Positions 1-9,427 of a stretch of 52,576 nucleotides of DNA are shown in pieces (positions within the stretch are counted from its first letter, which is position 1; every line of letters begins with the position of its first letter). Position numbers and translations under genes: made by a program. A model generated the notes under the pieces. It was not told where the DNA came from. It did not search any database and saw only the letters and a program-made list of their open reading frames with translations. Origin of the DNA: a virus (taxonomy: Duplodnaviria; Caudoviricetes); IMG/VR virus record IMGVR_UViG_3300047560_000375, positions 1 to 52,576 of that record; one strand, written 5' to 3'.

Positions 1-767
1 GTACAGCGGCTAAGTTGAAGAAGATGGGTGTTATTGAAAAGATTATTGCAAGTATTCACAAGGGTTCAGCATTACAAGACATTCAAGATGATGACTTGTT
101 ATTAGGTACTCGTCAAAAGATTACACCGTATGGATACAAAGTATTGTTACTAGGTAACACACTTCAATTGTTACCACAGGCAAGTGCATTCTATCCTCCT
201 AATGAAGATTTGAATCTTCCTGCAAACCCTAACACTGATATATACTGGTCTAGTTTATTAAACGTCTATGGCACTATTAAACCAGGTATTAGTCAGATAT
301 GGTTACAGAATCCATTCATGGATACTGACATTGTTGGAACAATTGTACCAGACCCAATTGACGATAGATTGTTAATCTATAACATCGACCCAGATACACT
401 GCCTCAAAACACATTAGACCCAGTAGACGGGGTAATTAATCCTCAAGTTACAGGACCAAATGCAGGGTTGCCAGGACCGATCAATGGTCGCAGATACCTA
501 ATTGTTGAAGATATCGGTTCAGAAGGTGACCCAACAGTAGCATGGGGTAGTTTAATAGCACACGCTAATGATATCATTGAATATGATGCAACAGAAGGTG
601 CATGGTTTGTGAGTTTTGATAGCACTGCAAATCCAGCTAACACAGTTGCCACATTAGAATATGTTACTAATTTGGCGACAAACGTACAATATCGTTATGC
701 AGATAGTAATTGGATGAAGTCATACGAAGGTTGGTATGACCAGGGTGACTATAGTATTGTCATCTAA
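1..767 (+). CDS. Virion structural protein, C-terminal part (5' end outside the window); possibly neck/baseplate
   Basis: Reading frame open from the window edge; composition typical of structural proteins; no catalytic motif seen. Confidence 0.5.
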   Translation, partial: TAAKLKKMGVIEKIIASIHKGSALQDIQDDDLLLGTRQKITPYGYKVLLLGNTLQLLPQASAFYPPNEDLNLPANPNTDIYWSSLLNVYGTIKPGISQIWLQNPFMDTDIVGTIVPDPIDDRLLIYNIDPDTLPQNTLDPVDGVINPQVTGPNAGLPGPINGRRYLIVEDIGSEGDPTVAWGSLIAHANDIIEYDATEGAWFVSFDSTANPANTVATLEYVTNLATNVQYRYADSNWMKSYEGWYDQGDYSIVI

Positions 768-785
768 CCATTATCGTGTTAGAAT
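757..785 (+). promoter_or_regulatory. sigma70-type promoter, leaderless to the Nudix gene
   Basis: TTGTCA-N17-TAGAAT with an extended TG; ATG at 792 lies 6 nt after the -10. Confidence 0.6.
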
Positions 786-791
786 AGTATT

Positions 792-1208
792 ATGAAAAAT
801 ACGTCTGCAGGAGTGTTCTTTTATTGCGGTAAAACAGAACGTTTCTTATATCTATTAAGAACTGATGCGAAAAACCCAGGCAACTGGGGGATTCCAGGTG
901 GCAAAGTAGAAAACGATGAGACACTATTTGAAGGCATCACTAGAGAATGCGAGGAAGAAATAGGTTACTTTCCTTTAAATGCAAAACTAGTTCCTATTCA
1001 AAAATTCATAAATCATTCATTCACATATCACACATTCTTTTGTGAGATTGAAGAAGAATTTATACCTACACTAAATGATGAGCATTGTGGATATGCATGG
1101 GTAGGTGACAATCAATATCCTAAACCATTACATCCTGGATTATTTAGCACCGTGAACTTTGATGTGGTGCAAGAAAAATTAAAAGCACTAACAAAAAAGG
1201 GGACCTAA
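792..1208 (+). CDS. Nudix hydrolase
   Basis: Nudix box GGKVENDETLFEGITRECEEEIG. Confidence 0.9.
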   Translation: MKNTSAGVFFYCGKTERFLYLLRTDAKNPGNWGIPGGKVENDETLFEGITRECEEEIGYFPLNAKLVPIQKFINHSFTYHTFFCEIEEEFIPTLNDEHCGYAWVGDNQYPKPLHPGLFSTVNFDVVQEKLKALTKKGT

Positions 1209-1220
1209 GTCCCCTTTTTT
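1193..1220. terminator. Bidirectional intrinsic terminator between convergent genes
   Basis: AAAAAAGGGGAC-ctaa-GTCCCCTTTTTT. Confidence 0.85.
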
Positions 1221-1531
1221 TATTTAAGTAATGAGCCCCATACGTTGTGCCCGAGTGCCCCGAGTACAACACCTGCCCCCATCATCATCCATCGCCATTT
1301 TTCTAAGCTAGAAATTTTATCTGACATTTCTTTGTGCGCTATTGTACTAGAAGTTTGCATGTCTTTAATCATTTTAGAATGATCTTCCGAATGCTTTTCT
1401 AGTGCATCATGCACGTCCTTAACATCTTCTTTTAGCTCACCGATTTTTTCTTCGATGTTGCCAACTTGGACCTTAAGGACCGCAATCTCAGTTTCGGCTT
1501 GTTGAATGTTGATAGCGTTCATTGCAGCCAT
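1220..1531 (-). CDS. Coiled-coil protein with C-terminal hydrophobic segment (XhlA/holin-like)
   Basis: Heptad pattern followed by KWRWMMMGAGVVLGALG. Confidence 0.5.
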   Translation of the reverse strand: MAAMNAINIQQAETEIAVLKVQVGNIEEKIGELKEDVKDVHDALEKHSEDHSKMIKDMQTSSTIAHKEMSDKISSLEKWRWMMMGAGVVLGALGHNVWGSLLK

Positions 1532-1542
1532 ATACTTAACTA

Positions 1543-2811
1543 TTATGCGCTAGCAATAGTTACGATTGGTAACGGCTGACCACCGTATGTATTCGCAGCC
1601 TCAGCAGTATTGAATGTCAATGTTACTGGGGTAGCATTAGCTAAAACGATATTGCCTGTAGCAACTGGACCAGAAGTAGCAGTGAACAATAGACCATTGT
1701 GATCTGACAAGTTCTGAGCAGTTTGCGTAGCTGAGTTAGCGTAAGTAGCCAATACACGCATTGTGTTTGGTGTCAATGCTGTGTTAGCAACGTTAGCTAA
1801 GTAGCAAGGACCTGTTAAACCAGTTACTGTACCTGTTACTAGATACTTCTGCTTACCCTTCTGACGAACGATATAACCAGCTTCTGGCAACGCAGTGATA
1901 AATGTATCACCTGTACCGTTAGTACCAGTAGCATTGTTCGCCGAAACAGCTGCCAATACTACTTGTTGTTGAACTGCATCTGGAGTACCGGTAGCATTAG
2001 ACAAATCAACTTCTGCACCGTTTGGTGTAGCAGAAACAGTGAATGCGCTTGCGTTAGCAACGTTCAATACCCAGTATGTTGTTCCTGTTACTAAACCACC
2101 TAAGTTAGCACTGAATGTAACTGGACCACCTTCAACTAGTGTTTGAGCGTTACCGCTTGTACCGATGATGTTACCGGTGTTTTGTGTGTTAGCAACCGCA
2201 ACAGTTAAGTCACCTGCCGTAGAAGTTGTTGTACCTAGCAATTGTTGGCTAGTAGGATCATCTCCCCAGTGTGCGTACAAGTGTGTGCCAGTTGCGATAT
2301 TAGCAAAGTCAGTACCATAACCAACAACGATATTGCTACCGGTATCAGCGATTACACGACCTTGGCCTTCTACGCCGAATGCAACGTTCGCTAGAACTTG
2401 AGGACCAACGATAGCTGTGTTACCACCGACGATAGAGTATGTGTTGGAGTTAGTTGCGGGGAAACCTGCACCACTAACTGGATTGTTGAAATATACGTCA
2501 ACTGGTGCTACTGTTGCTTTAACTGATTGACCTGTTGTGTCAGACAATGTTGGGCTAACTTGTGGCTGAACACTTAATTGAGTAGAAGATACAGTAAATG
2601 TATGATTGCCAGTGATAGCAAGAATATAATATACTGTGTTCGCTGTTAGACCACCAACTGTAGATGCTACTACGAATGGCATACCTGCTAGTACACCAAC
2701 TGTTGGAGCAGTTGTTAAATTTTCTGTTACTGTAACGACACCGCCTGTTTCTGCGGTATCTGTGATTGTTAAGACTGCTTGAGCCTTAGCGATTTTTAGA
2801 GGACGTCCCAT
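1543..2811 (-). CDS. Virion structural protein with a duplicated beta-rich module
   Basis: T/A/G/V/N-rich; GGL..(N/G)T.Y(Y/W)...FTVS occurs twice; late promoter and RBS upstream. Confidence 0.65.
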   Translation of the reverse strand: MGRPLKIAKAQAVLTITDTAETGGVVTVTENLTTAPTVGVLAGMPFVVASTVGGLTANTVYYILAITGNHTFTVSSTQLSVQPQVSPTLSDTTGQSVKATVAPVDVYFNNPVSGAGFPATNSNTYSIVGGNTAIVGPQVLANVAFGVEGQGRVIADTGSNIVVGYGTDFANIATGTHLYAHWGDDPTSQQLLGTTTSTAGDLTVAVANTQNTGNIIGTSGNAQTLVEGGPVTFSANLGGLVTGTTYWVLNVANASAFTVSATPNGAEVDLSNATGTPDAVQQQVVLAAVSANNATGTNGTGDTFITALPEAGYIVRQKGKQKYLVTGTVTGLTGPCYLANVANTALTPNTMRVLATYANSATQTAQNLSDHNGLLFTATSGPVATGNIVLANATPVTLTFNTAEAANTYGGQPLPIVTIASA

Positions 2812-2833
2812 TTGTTTTTCCTTAATGTTATTT

Positions 2834-2886
2834 GCGGGTTCTAGCCGCTACGCAGTGGGTACTGCATAAATTCTCCCTATGAGAAT
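2834..2886 (-). promoter_or_regulatory. Structured 5' leader with three tandem hairpins
   Basis: Minus strand: ATTCTC-atagg-GAGAAT, TATGCAGT-accc-ACTGCGTA (one G-U), GCGG-ctagaac-CCGC. Confidence 0.6.
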
Positions 2887-2894
2887 GTACAGTG

Positions 2895-2902
2895 TATTTA
2901 TC
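2895..2902 (-). promoter_or_regulatory. Late promoter motif GATAAATA
   Basis: Recurrent intergenic motif resembling the T4 late promoter TATAAATA. Confidence 0.7.
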
Positions 2903-2913
2903 TATAATGGGTA

Positions 2914-3201
2914 TTATTCAGTACCGGTATTAGGGTGATTTGCGCCCAAGCCAGTCACGCTAAATGCACCTGCCGTGCCTGCTACATTGATATAAGCAAT
3001 GTAGTTTCCTTGTCCAACTAAAAAGTTATTATCTACTGTATTAGCAGGAATAATTTCACATGCTGTTAAGTTAGCAGTAACACTAGAATTTCCCACTGCT
3101 ACTGCGATTGCAGAAGTAGTTGTGGCTATGCGTACCTTGTCAGTAGTTGCCACTGATGTTAATTGACTTGTTCCGTTTGCTGTATAAATTGTTGATGACA
3201 T
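2914..3201 (-). CDS. Small virion structural protein
   Basis: 95 aa, T/A/N/G-rich, directly downstream of the tail fibre gene. Confidence 0.55.
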   Translation of the reverse strand: MSSTIYTANGTSQLTSVATTDKVRIATTTSAIAVAVGNSSVTANLTACEIIPANTVDNNFLVGQGNYIAYINVAGTAGAFSVTGLGANHPNTGTE

Positions 3202-3205
3202 GTTA

Positions 3206-5491
3206 TTATAATCTTCCCACTGCTATTTCTATGGTACCTTCGATACCTTCAAAGTTTTCAATTGCTTTACCGATAACCATACCGATTTGAGCGTTATTCC
3301 ATGGTCTAGCAAATCCATTACCTGCTGATACCATAATATCTCCTTTGCGTACTTTACCTCTAACTTTACATGGTACACGTCCTTGTAGAGCAATTGCTAC
3401 AGCAATACCTGGACATTTTGCATTCATTGCATATGCAGGATTTGTAGATACAACACCCGCAACTCTTGTTGTTCCATCTTCTGCTATAGTAACTTCTTTC
3501 TCACCACCGAACTCTAAAACAGTTCCTGGCTCATACACTTGATCTGCTTCATAGTATTCTGCCAAGTCAGCATATGTAGCTTGCATTCTAGAACCAGTAG
3601 ACAATGTCCAATTGCCTGTCAATGTACCTGCTGTAGTATTTGCACCAGTAGTAATATTAGTTGTAGTAATACCATTAGCACTAAAATAACCATTAGCAAT
3701 ATTTGCACTGAATGCAGTGTTAGAACCCAATGCGTAATTAGCTGCCGCTGTTCCACTTACAAATGTTGGATAATATGTACCGGTTGTTAGCGCAGACATT
3801 AAATTGAAATCACTAACATTTGCATAAGCAACATTCAAGTTATTAACACGGGTAGTACTTGCAACAGTTAACGGAGCTGTACCTGTTGCTACGTTAGATT
3901 CTAATGAGCTTGCAATAACTTTGCCACTAGTACCTAAGTTGCCTACGTTAGCATTACCACTAGCACTAAATGTTCCTGCAATGTTTGCACCTGTTCCAGT
4001 AATAACAGCAACGTTTGCATTTCCATTTACGCTCATGTTGATGTTGCCACCGGCTGCTGGCATGTTTACACTAGATGTTCCGTTTGCATGTGGGCCCATT
4101 AAGTTTGCCGCAACAATATTTCCACTAGCATTTAAATTACTTACGTTAGCACCATTTGTTGTAACTAACAATACGTTTGCTACACCACCGACACTGATGT
4201 TTACATTACCATCAGCCGTAGGAATCGATACGTTACTTGTACCATTAGCAAACACACCTAATAAATTACCAACTGTTGCATTGCCCGAAACACTCAAACT
4301 AGTTAGTACGCCGACACTAGTGATGTTTGGTTGTGCGGCTGTAGTTAATGTGCCACCTAATAATGTTGCAGATAATCTTCCGTTAGCCGCATTGAATGAT
4401 AAGTTTGCGTTTGAACCTAATGCAAGATTACCTGTTGTATTTGCATTTACGAATGTTGGGTAGAATGTACCTGTAGTCTGTGTAGTTGTTACACCATAGT
4501 CACTTACGTTTGCATACGCAACATTTAAATTAGAAACACGAGTTGTACTTGTCACTGTTAATGGGGCAGTGCCAGTAGCAATGTTTGAAATGAGAACTGG
4601 AGAAACTACTGTAGAAGTTGCATTGATATTTGCAACGTTTGCATTACCAGTAATTGCTAGTGTAGTTGTTAATTTGTTAAACGTGAATGCCGCAACACCG
4701 TTACTAATACCACTATCGTTAAATTGAACTGTTGTATTAGAGCCTCCACTTGCGCCACCGCCGCCGCCAGCACCACCAATAACGCTTGTAGCAATAGCTA
4801 CGTTAGGAGTAGATGCACCCAAATCTGTTCCGTCTACGGGACCTGATCCACCTGTACCTGTGTATAGTGAAACGTTACCTGAAGTTGCATAATCAACAGC
4901 AAGTTGAATATAGAAAGATTGACCGTTAACGATTGAATTTGCGTTTGCCCCGTCTGCACTAGTGATTGTTACAAGTGTGTCGTTTGTGTATGGAGTATTG
5001 GCATTTACTGTCATCACAATGGGTGTAGCATTTGATAATGCAATGATTTCAGTGTATAATGTTCCTTTTGGTGTCCAAGATAAGTTTCCTGTACCATCGG
5101 TTTCTAATATATAACCAATAGCGCCGCCACCTATTTTAACATTACTAACGTTACCTAAGTGAATATTAGTATCTGAATATAATGAAGTGTTGCCGGGCTG
5201 ACTTGCATTGCCACCTGCATTTGTCCATACATCTAAAACAGAATCGTATGTCAATACCTGCCCGGTTTGAGCATTAGAAATGTTTAAGTTACCACCATCA
5301 CTTCCGTCTACTTGACTGAAACTGATTTGAGAATATGAAGTTAATACCTCAACGTTCTCATTTGGTGTTGTTTTGCCAATGAATAATCTTTTATCATCAT
5401 TGGCCCAGCCGAATTCACCTTCATCTAATTGTGGTAAGTCAACTAGATTACCGGTTCTTTGCTGTAGTTTCGAGATTTGTATAATGGCCAT
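3206..5491 (-). CDS. Tail fibre/spike-like protein with internal repeats and a C-terminal autocleaved-chaperone-like domain
   Basis: N-terminal LPQLDEGEFGWANDDKRLFIG (typical fibre anchor); duplicated ATGTAPLTV..TTRV.NLNVAYANVSD repeat; C-terminal ADLAEYY...PGTVL...GVVSTNP...GRVPCKV. Confidence 0.75.
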   Translation of the reverse strand: MAIIQISKLQQRTGNLVDLPQLDEGEFGWANDDKRLFIGKTTPNENVEVLTSYSQISFSQVDGSDGGNLNISNAQTGQVLTYDSVLDVWTNAGGNASQPGNTSLYSDTNIHLGNVSNVKIGGGAIGYILETDGTGNLSWTPKGTLYTEIIALSNATPIVMTVNANTPYTNDTLVTITSADGANANSIVNGQSFYIQLAVDYATSGNVSLYTGTGGSGPVDGTDLGASTPNVAIATSVIGGAGGGGGASGGSNTTVQFNDSGISNGVAAFTFNKLTTTLAITGNANVANINATSTVVSPVLISNIATGTAPLTVTSTTRVSNLNVAYANVSDYGVTTTQTTGTFYPTFVNANTTGNLALGSNANLSFNAANGRLSATLLGGTLTTAAQPNITSVGVLTSLSVSGNATVGNLLGVFANGTSNVSIPTADGNVNISVGGVANVLLVTTNGANVSNLNASGNIVAANLMGPHANGTSSVNMPAAGGNINMSVNGNANVAVITGTGANIAGTFSASGNANVGNLGTSGKVIASSLESNVATGTAPLTVASTTRVNNLNVAYANVSDFNLMSALTTGTYYPTFVSGTAAANYALGSNTAFSANIANGYFSANGITTTNITTGANTTAGTLTGNWTLSTGSRMQATYADLAEYYEADQVYEPGTVLEFGGEKEVTIAEDGTTRVAGVVSTNPAYAMNAKCPGIAVAIALQGRVPCKVRGKVRKGDIMVSAGNGFARPWNNAQIGMVIGKAIENFEGIEGTIEIAVGRL

Positions 5492-5526
5492 AAGTGTAAT
5501 TCTTTACAGATTTACACTTATTTATC
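5490..5526 (-). promoter_or_regulatory. Late promoter GATAAATA overlapping a hairpin that covers the tail-fibre start codon
   Basis: Motif at 5519-5526; 10-bp inverted repeat ATAAGTGTAA (5490-5499)/TTACACTTAT (5512-5521). Confidence 0.65.
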
Positions 5527-5544
5527 ATAATTCCGTCCTAAATG

Positions 5545-6231
5545 TTATAGGAATTGTGTGTAGTATTGTTCGATACGTTTATACCACTCTTGTTGAAATT
5601 TATCGAACTCTGCACCTTCTAAAATGAACTCTTGGTAGATAGCGTTTGGATCACACATGAAAATGACCCCTTTGCGGATTTTCGTTCCGTGAAGCTCATT
5701 ATGTGCTGTTGCGTAAGCCGCAAGTTGGATAAAATAGTCATCAATCCACTCTCGCTTCTTGGGTTTATTAGTCTGCTTATGATCCATGATAGATTCACTG
5801 CCATCATGCACACCGACCAAGTCAGTCGTTCCAGCATAAACATTCGGGAAATATAAGGGGACTTCAGTACCCCAGAATTCAGAGCATTTATCGAGGCCCT
5901 GTTTGATAATTGAATTAGCCATAGCATGGCTTTGGATAGAATATGGATTTGTTCCTGATTCATTTAGTACACCTGTCTTTATGTAATCTTCTAAAAACTT
6001 GTGCATTCTAGTACCACGACTAGCGGCTTCTGTTGTAATCTCTTGTGCTTTTTTAAAGCCCACTCGTTTGCGCCATTCGTTCAGTGCTTGCTGTTTTTCA
6101 ATAGGCTGAGTAGCTGTTAGAATAGTTGTTACGCTTGGGAGTTTTTCACCATCGGGTGTAGCATATCTGCGTTTACCGTCAACTGTAATCTGGTGTAAAG
6201 GTTCGTATTTGAATTTGTTTGGAATGTACAT
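5545..6231 (-). CDS. PD-(D/E)XK exonuclease (RecB/Cas4-like phage exonuclease)
   Basis: LPSVTTIL, RGTRMH, E-x-PL, AGTTD, DHKQ, QLAAY motifs. Confidence 0.85.
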   Translation of the reverse strand: MYIPNKFKYEPLHQITVDGKRRYATPDGEKLPSVTTILTATQPIEKQQALNEWRKRVGFKKAQEITTEAASRGTRMHKFLEDYIKTGVLNESGTNPYSIQSHAMANSIIKQGLDKCSEFWGTEVPLYFPNVYAGTTDLVGVHDGSESIMDHKQTNKPKKREWIDDYFIQLAAYATAHNELHGTKIRKGVIFMCDPNAIYQEFILEGAEFDKFQQEWYKRIEQYYTQFL

Positions 6232-6245
6232 GTAAGTATTATAAA

Positions 6246-7013
6246 CTAATTTAGTTCAAAAGAACACCATTCTGGGAATTTCAACATATATTTTTGAGTT
6301 CTAATATATGTAGATAATGGAAGATATGATTGCTCATTTGTAAATTCATTATATCGGTTTTGTATCTCATTCAATGTATACTCTGCGATAGCTTTGTTAC
6401 CGTCTACGCCGTCGTGTCCACATTCTGTTTTTGGATAGTCAGCACTAATTTCATAGAAATTTCTAATTTTATTTGGATCGGTGTGTACTGCTTTATATAG
6501 ATTAGGAAACATCATCTCTAATTTGTTTGCTACAATATCTTGATTCATCTCTAGTGCATAATCAGTCATCAAGTATGGAGTATTGTGTGATGAGAACAAA
6601 TTCATCAAAGATAATTTCAACAGATATGTGCGTCTTGTGAACTCTAAGTCATTCCAATCTGATAAGATTGCACGTTCATGGTCATTTTCTGGTCTATCTT
6701 TGTTCAATCCAATGGGTGCATAATCTTTAAATGATGGGTTACGATAGTGTTCCACGACCCATGCTTCTTTTCTCCAATACTGAGACCAAGCAATAATAAA
6801 CAATGGGTTACTGTTTGTTGGGAGATTTTCGTAAAAGTATTCGTATGTTTTTCTATGAATGCTGTCATTACCAACACCCGGAGATCCTAAATTAACTAAT
6901 GGAACATTCAATGTCTTTGCAATGATTGCAGGCCAACCATTGTTTAATTTATTCTCTAACCCCTGACAATATGTAAAACTACAACCTACTGTAACTAAGT
7001 GTGTTATTTTCAA
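6246..7013 (-). CDS. SGNH/GDSL-like hydrolase or acyltransferase fold protein
   Basis: GCSFT block I, NLGSPGVGNDSI block II, late GH; start placed at TTG right after the iscA stop. Confidence 0.6.
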   Translation of the reverse strand: MKITHLVTVGCSFTYCQGLENKLNNGWPAIIAKTLNVPLVNLGSPGVGNDSIHRKTYEYFYENLPTNSNPLFIIAWSQYWRKEAWVVEHYRNPSFKDYAPIGLNKDRPENDHERAILSDWNDLEFTRRTYLLKLSLMNLFSSHNTPYLMTDYALEMNQDIVANKLEMMFPNLYKAVHTDPNKIRNFYEISADYPKTECGHDGVDGNKAIAEYTLNEIQNRYNEFTNEQSYLPLSTYIRTQKYMLKFPEWCSFELN

Positions 7014-7014
7014 T

Positions 7015-7335
7015 TTATACTCTGAAACTTTCCCCGCATCCACAACGGTCACGTTCGTTTGGATTCTTAAATTCAAATCCTTCATTTAGACCGTTGCGAA
7101 CATAATCAACAATCATCCCTTGTATATATGCACAACTTTTGGGATCGACAAATAAACTGCAACCATCACAGTCTATTCTTATGTCATGTTCATTTGGGTT
7201 GTCAACATATTCAAGAATGTAGGCTAATCCCGAACAGCCTGTAGTTTTTACACCTATTCGTATTCCTTGCCCTTTGCCTCTCTTGGCAATTGTTTGTTGA
7301 ACTTTTTTGATTGCGTTGTCAGTGATACTAATCAT
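7015..7335 (-). CDS. iscA: A-type Fe-S cluster carrier protein (IscA/HesB family)
   Basis: GCSG and CGCGESF motifs, 106 aa. Confidence 0.95.
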   Translation of the reverse strand: MISITDNAIKKVQQTIAKRGKGQGIRIGVKTTGCSGLAYILEYVDNPNEHDIRIDCDGCSLFVDPKSCAYIQGMIVDYVRNGLNEGFEFKNPNERDRCGCGESFRV

Positions 7336-7336
7336 A

Positions 7337-7660
7337 TTACTTCATAGCATTGTTTGCCATTTGTTGTACGACTTGTTGACTTTCTTGTTCGTCAGGATTT
7401 TCGCCGCCACCTGTTTCTTGGCCTTTGAAAATAATATTGCCTGCTTCAATGTTTTGAATAATAGTATTCAATGGTGGATTTTTGTACATATCATACAAGT
7501 CATCTTCACTAAGGTTGATGCCTTGATCTTGTAAGTACGATAAGAACTCATCCATGGTCCAATCCGACTTGCCCTGTCCCTTATCAATATCATCTTTTAT
7601 TTGATTAGTAACAGCGACTAGTCGGACTCTTAATGGATCTTCTAGTTCGAATAAACGCAT
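7337..7660 (-). CDS. Hypothetical protein, probable head-internal protein
   Basis: N-terminus MRLFELE shared with other late proteins in the window. Confidence 0.5.
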   Translation of the reverse strand: MRLFELEDPLRVRLVAVTNQIKDDIDKGQGKSDWTMDEFLSYLQDQGINLSEDDLYDMYKNPPLNTIIQNIEAGNIIFKGQETGGGENPDEQESQQVVQQMANNAMK

Positions 7661-7661
7661 A

Positions 7662-8387
7662 TTAACGTTTTGCTCTGCCTACTCCGCCACCAGCTGTTGG
7701 CTCGGGCATTTCTTCTGGCTCAGCCATTTCTTCAGCGCCTAATTCTTCGTCAGCACCTAACTCAGCACCAGCTTCTAAACCAGCATCTAAGCCTGCATCC
7801 ATTCCCATGTCAGCACCTAACTCAGCACCAGCTTCGAATCCAGCACCAGCTTGACCTGTAACAGTACCTAATGCTTCTTTCATTCCAGCAAATGCTTCTT
7901 TCAATGCCGCACTTAAAGCATCTAATTGTGCAGATACTTGTTGGTCGTATTGTTGACTTTCATTTGCGCCGATTTCAGATTCAATGCTTGACACTAATGC
8001 AGGTAATTCTTTAACTTGCATTTGACCTACTTCTTCTAGCATTTTTTGAACGCTATCAACTAAGTCTTGTGCGGCTAAAACAACTTGTGACTTTTCAACT
8101 TCTTCATTCTCAATAACGATACGTGTTTGAGGACGTGAACGCAATTCGTTATAGTGATGTGACAATGCTTGTTCCATGAACACTAGTTTCATGTATGGTT
8201 GGCTTGTCTGCTTTTGATGGAAATCAGCAGATTGCTTTGATTCTTTGATTAGACCACGTACTTTTTGTAGCATACTTCTAGTTGAGGACATGTTCATTCT
8301 TTCAACATTGAAAGACTGTTCATAATTCTCTTTTAGAGCTTTGCTAGCAATTGAGCGAGGGGTATAGTCGAGTTCGTTTAGTTTCAT
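7662..8387 (-). CDS. Acidic coiled-coil protein, probable head scaffold or internal protein
   Basis: Start MKLNEL; helical body; G/A/E-rich tail; late promoter at 8416-8423. Confidence 0.55.
   Translation of the reverse strand: MKLNELDYTPRSIASKALKENYEQSFNVERMNMSSTRSMLQKVRGLIKESKQSADFHQKQTSQPYMKLVFMEQALSHHYNELRSRPQTRIVIENEEVEKSQVVLAAQDLVDSVQKMLEEVGQMQVKELPALVSSIESEIGANESQQYDQQVSAQLDALSAALKEAFAGMKEALGTVTGQAGAGFEAGAELGADMGMDAGLDAGLEAGAELGADEELGAEEMAEPEEMPEPTAGGGVGRAKR
7749..7835. repeat. 27-bp coding direct repeat (2 copies, period 60)
   Basis: GTCAGCACCTAACTCAGCACCAGCTTC at 7749 and 7809; encodes EAGAELGAD. Confidence 0.9.
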
Positions 8388-8439
8388 AATTTTTGTTCCA
8401 GACAAATGTATAAAGTATTTATCATTTTCGTTATTATTA

Positions 8440-8913
8440 TTAGGGTTTTGCGCTTAACCTGTTGAGTTGCCAATTTCTAGAGTCCTGCACATAACTCCCC
8501 AATTCCCCCAACATTCGTTTACGTTTCAGCTTATCTTCGCCCAATTTAGCTAGATAAATCAATTCGTCATCAGGGGATTTAGCACTTTTAGCCATTCTTT
8601 GATGCTGTGCGATATCAGTGTCAATACAGGCCAAATTTCTATCCAGTTCTAAAATACGTTTGCAGGCATGCATTACCACACGCTTGTCAAAGGTGCACCA
8701 AGCTACAGCATTTTTTAAAGTGTAGAATAGCAATTTGTTAATGATAGAGTCCCCTGTTACTTCGTACATATCTCCCACACGCATGATGGTATACTTGTTG
8801 AATAAACAATACGACCCGTCATCGTTTTTAAGCACTGACAAGTCTTGCAGGACCGTAATAGTTTTTTGGCCTATTGTTCTTTCAAATCTAGTGAAAATTT
8901 TAGGGTCAAACAT
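8440..8913 (-). CDS. Hypothetical protein
   Basis: ORF coupled to the upstream gene; start uncertain. Confidence 0.6.
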   Translation of the reverse strand: MFDPKIFTRFERTIGQKTITVLQDLSVLKNDDGSYCLFNKYTIMRVGDMYEVTGDSIINKLLFYTLKNAVAWCTFDKRVVMHACKRILELDRNLACIDTDIAQHQRMAKSAKSPDDELIYLAKLGEDKLKRKRMLGELGSYVQDSRNWQLNRLSAKP

Positions 8914-9364
8914 TTTTCGATATTTCAAAATATATATTCCTTAATTCGTCGGACGCATCAAGCACTGCTGGTAATTTATCCCATGTAGTAGAACACTTGA
9001 CCATGGGTATTTGGTCACAGTCTCTATACAATGCGCCCAACTCACTAACACCATCGTAGAATACACTATGGTGCTGTACTTCAAAATCAAATGACCAGCA
9101 GGGGTATGTGTTATCATCTTCTTGTTCAAACAAGAATCCAAACTCAGTGAATTCGTCAAAACGAATGTCTTTACGTTCAGGCTTTCTAATAACATCAGGC
9201 TGACTTCTTAATGAAATAGCCTGTAAAATCGTGTCAAAGTTGCATTGCGTATTGCGTCTATGTAGCCACTGTTCTACATTTTGTCCCTCTTCAGGGCGGT
9301 GACGGTTGAGCACGTTTGTTTGCGTAATATCAAAAAGAGTATAGCAAGTAATTCTGTAGCTCAT
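8906..9364 (-). CDS. Hypothetical late protein
   Basis: 152-aa ORF; TAAATA 5 nt before the ATG. Confidence 0.65.
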   Translation of the reverse strand: MSYRITCYTLFDITQTNVLNRHRPEEGQNVEQWLHRRNTQCNFDTILQAISLRSQPDVIRKPERKDIRFDEFTEFGFLFEQEDDNTYPCWSFDFEVQHHSVFYDGVSELGALYRDCDQIPMVKCSTTWDKLPAVLDASDELRNIYFEISKNV

Positions 9365-9383
9365 ACTACTATTTAATAGAGGT

Positions 9384-9414
9384 AAAAAAACCCGAGAAAT
9401 TCTCGGGTTCTTTT
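9384..9414 (-). terminator. Intrinsic terminator
   Basis: AACCCGAGAA/TTCTCGGGTT stem with a T7 tract on the minus strand. Confidence 0.8.
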
Positions 9415-9427
9415 AGTTAAGTTATAA

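Noticed and set aside
2836-2870. GGTTCTAG on the plus strand resembles the preQ1-I riboswitch loop
   Set aside because: It is antisense to the flanking genes, lacks the expected A-rich pseudoknot tail, and no queuosine genes are nearby; the G-U pattern favours the minus strand
5545-6231. Cas4-like nuclease as evidence of a CRISPR system
   Set aside because: No array or other cas genes and no Fe-S cysteines; it is an ordinary phage PD-(D/E)XK exonuclease
7749-7835. 27-bp direct repeat with a 33-nt gap, superficially CRISPR-like
   Set aside because: Only two copies, in frame within a CDS (EAGAELGAD), with no cas genes
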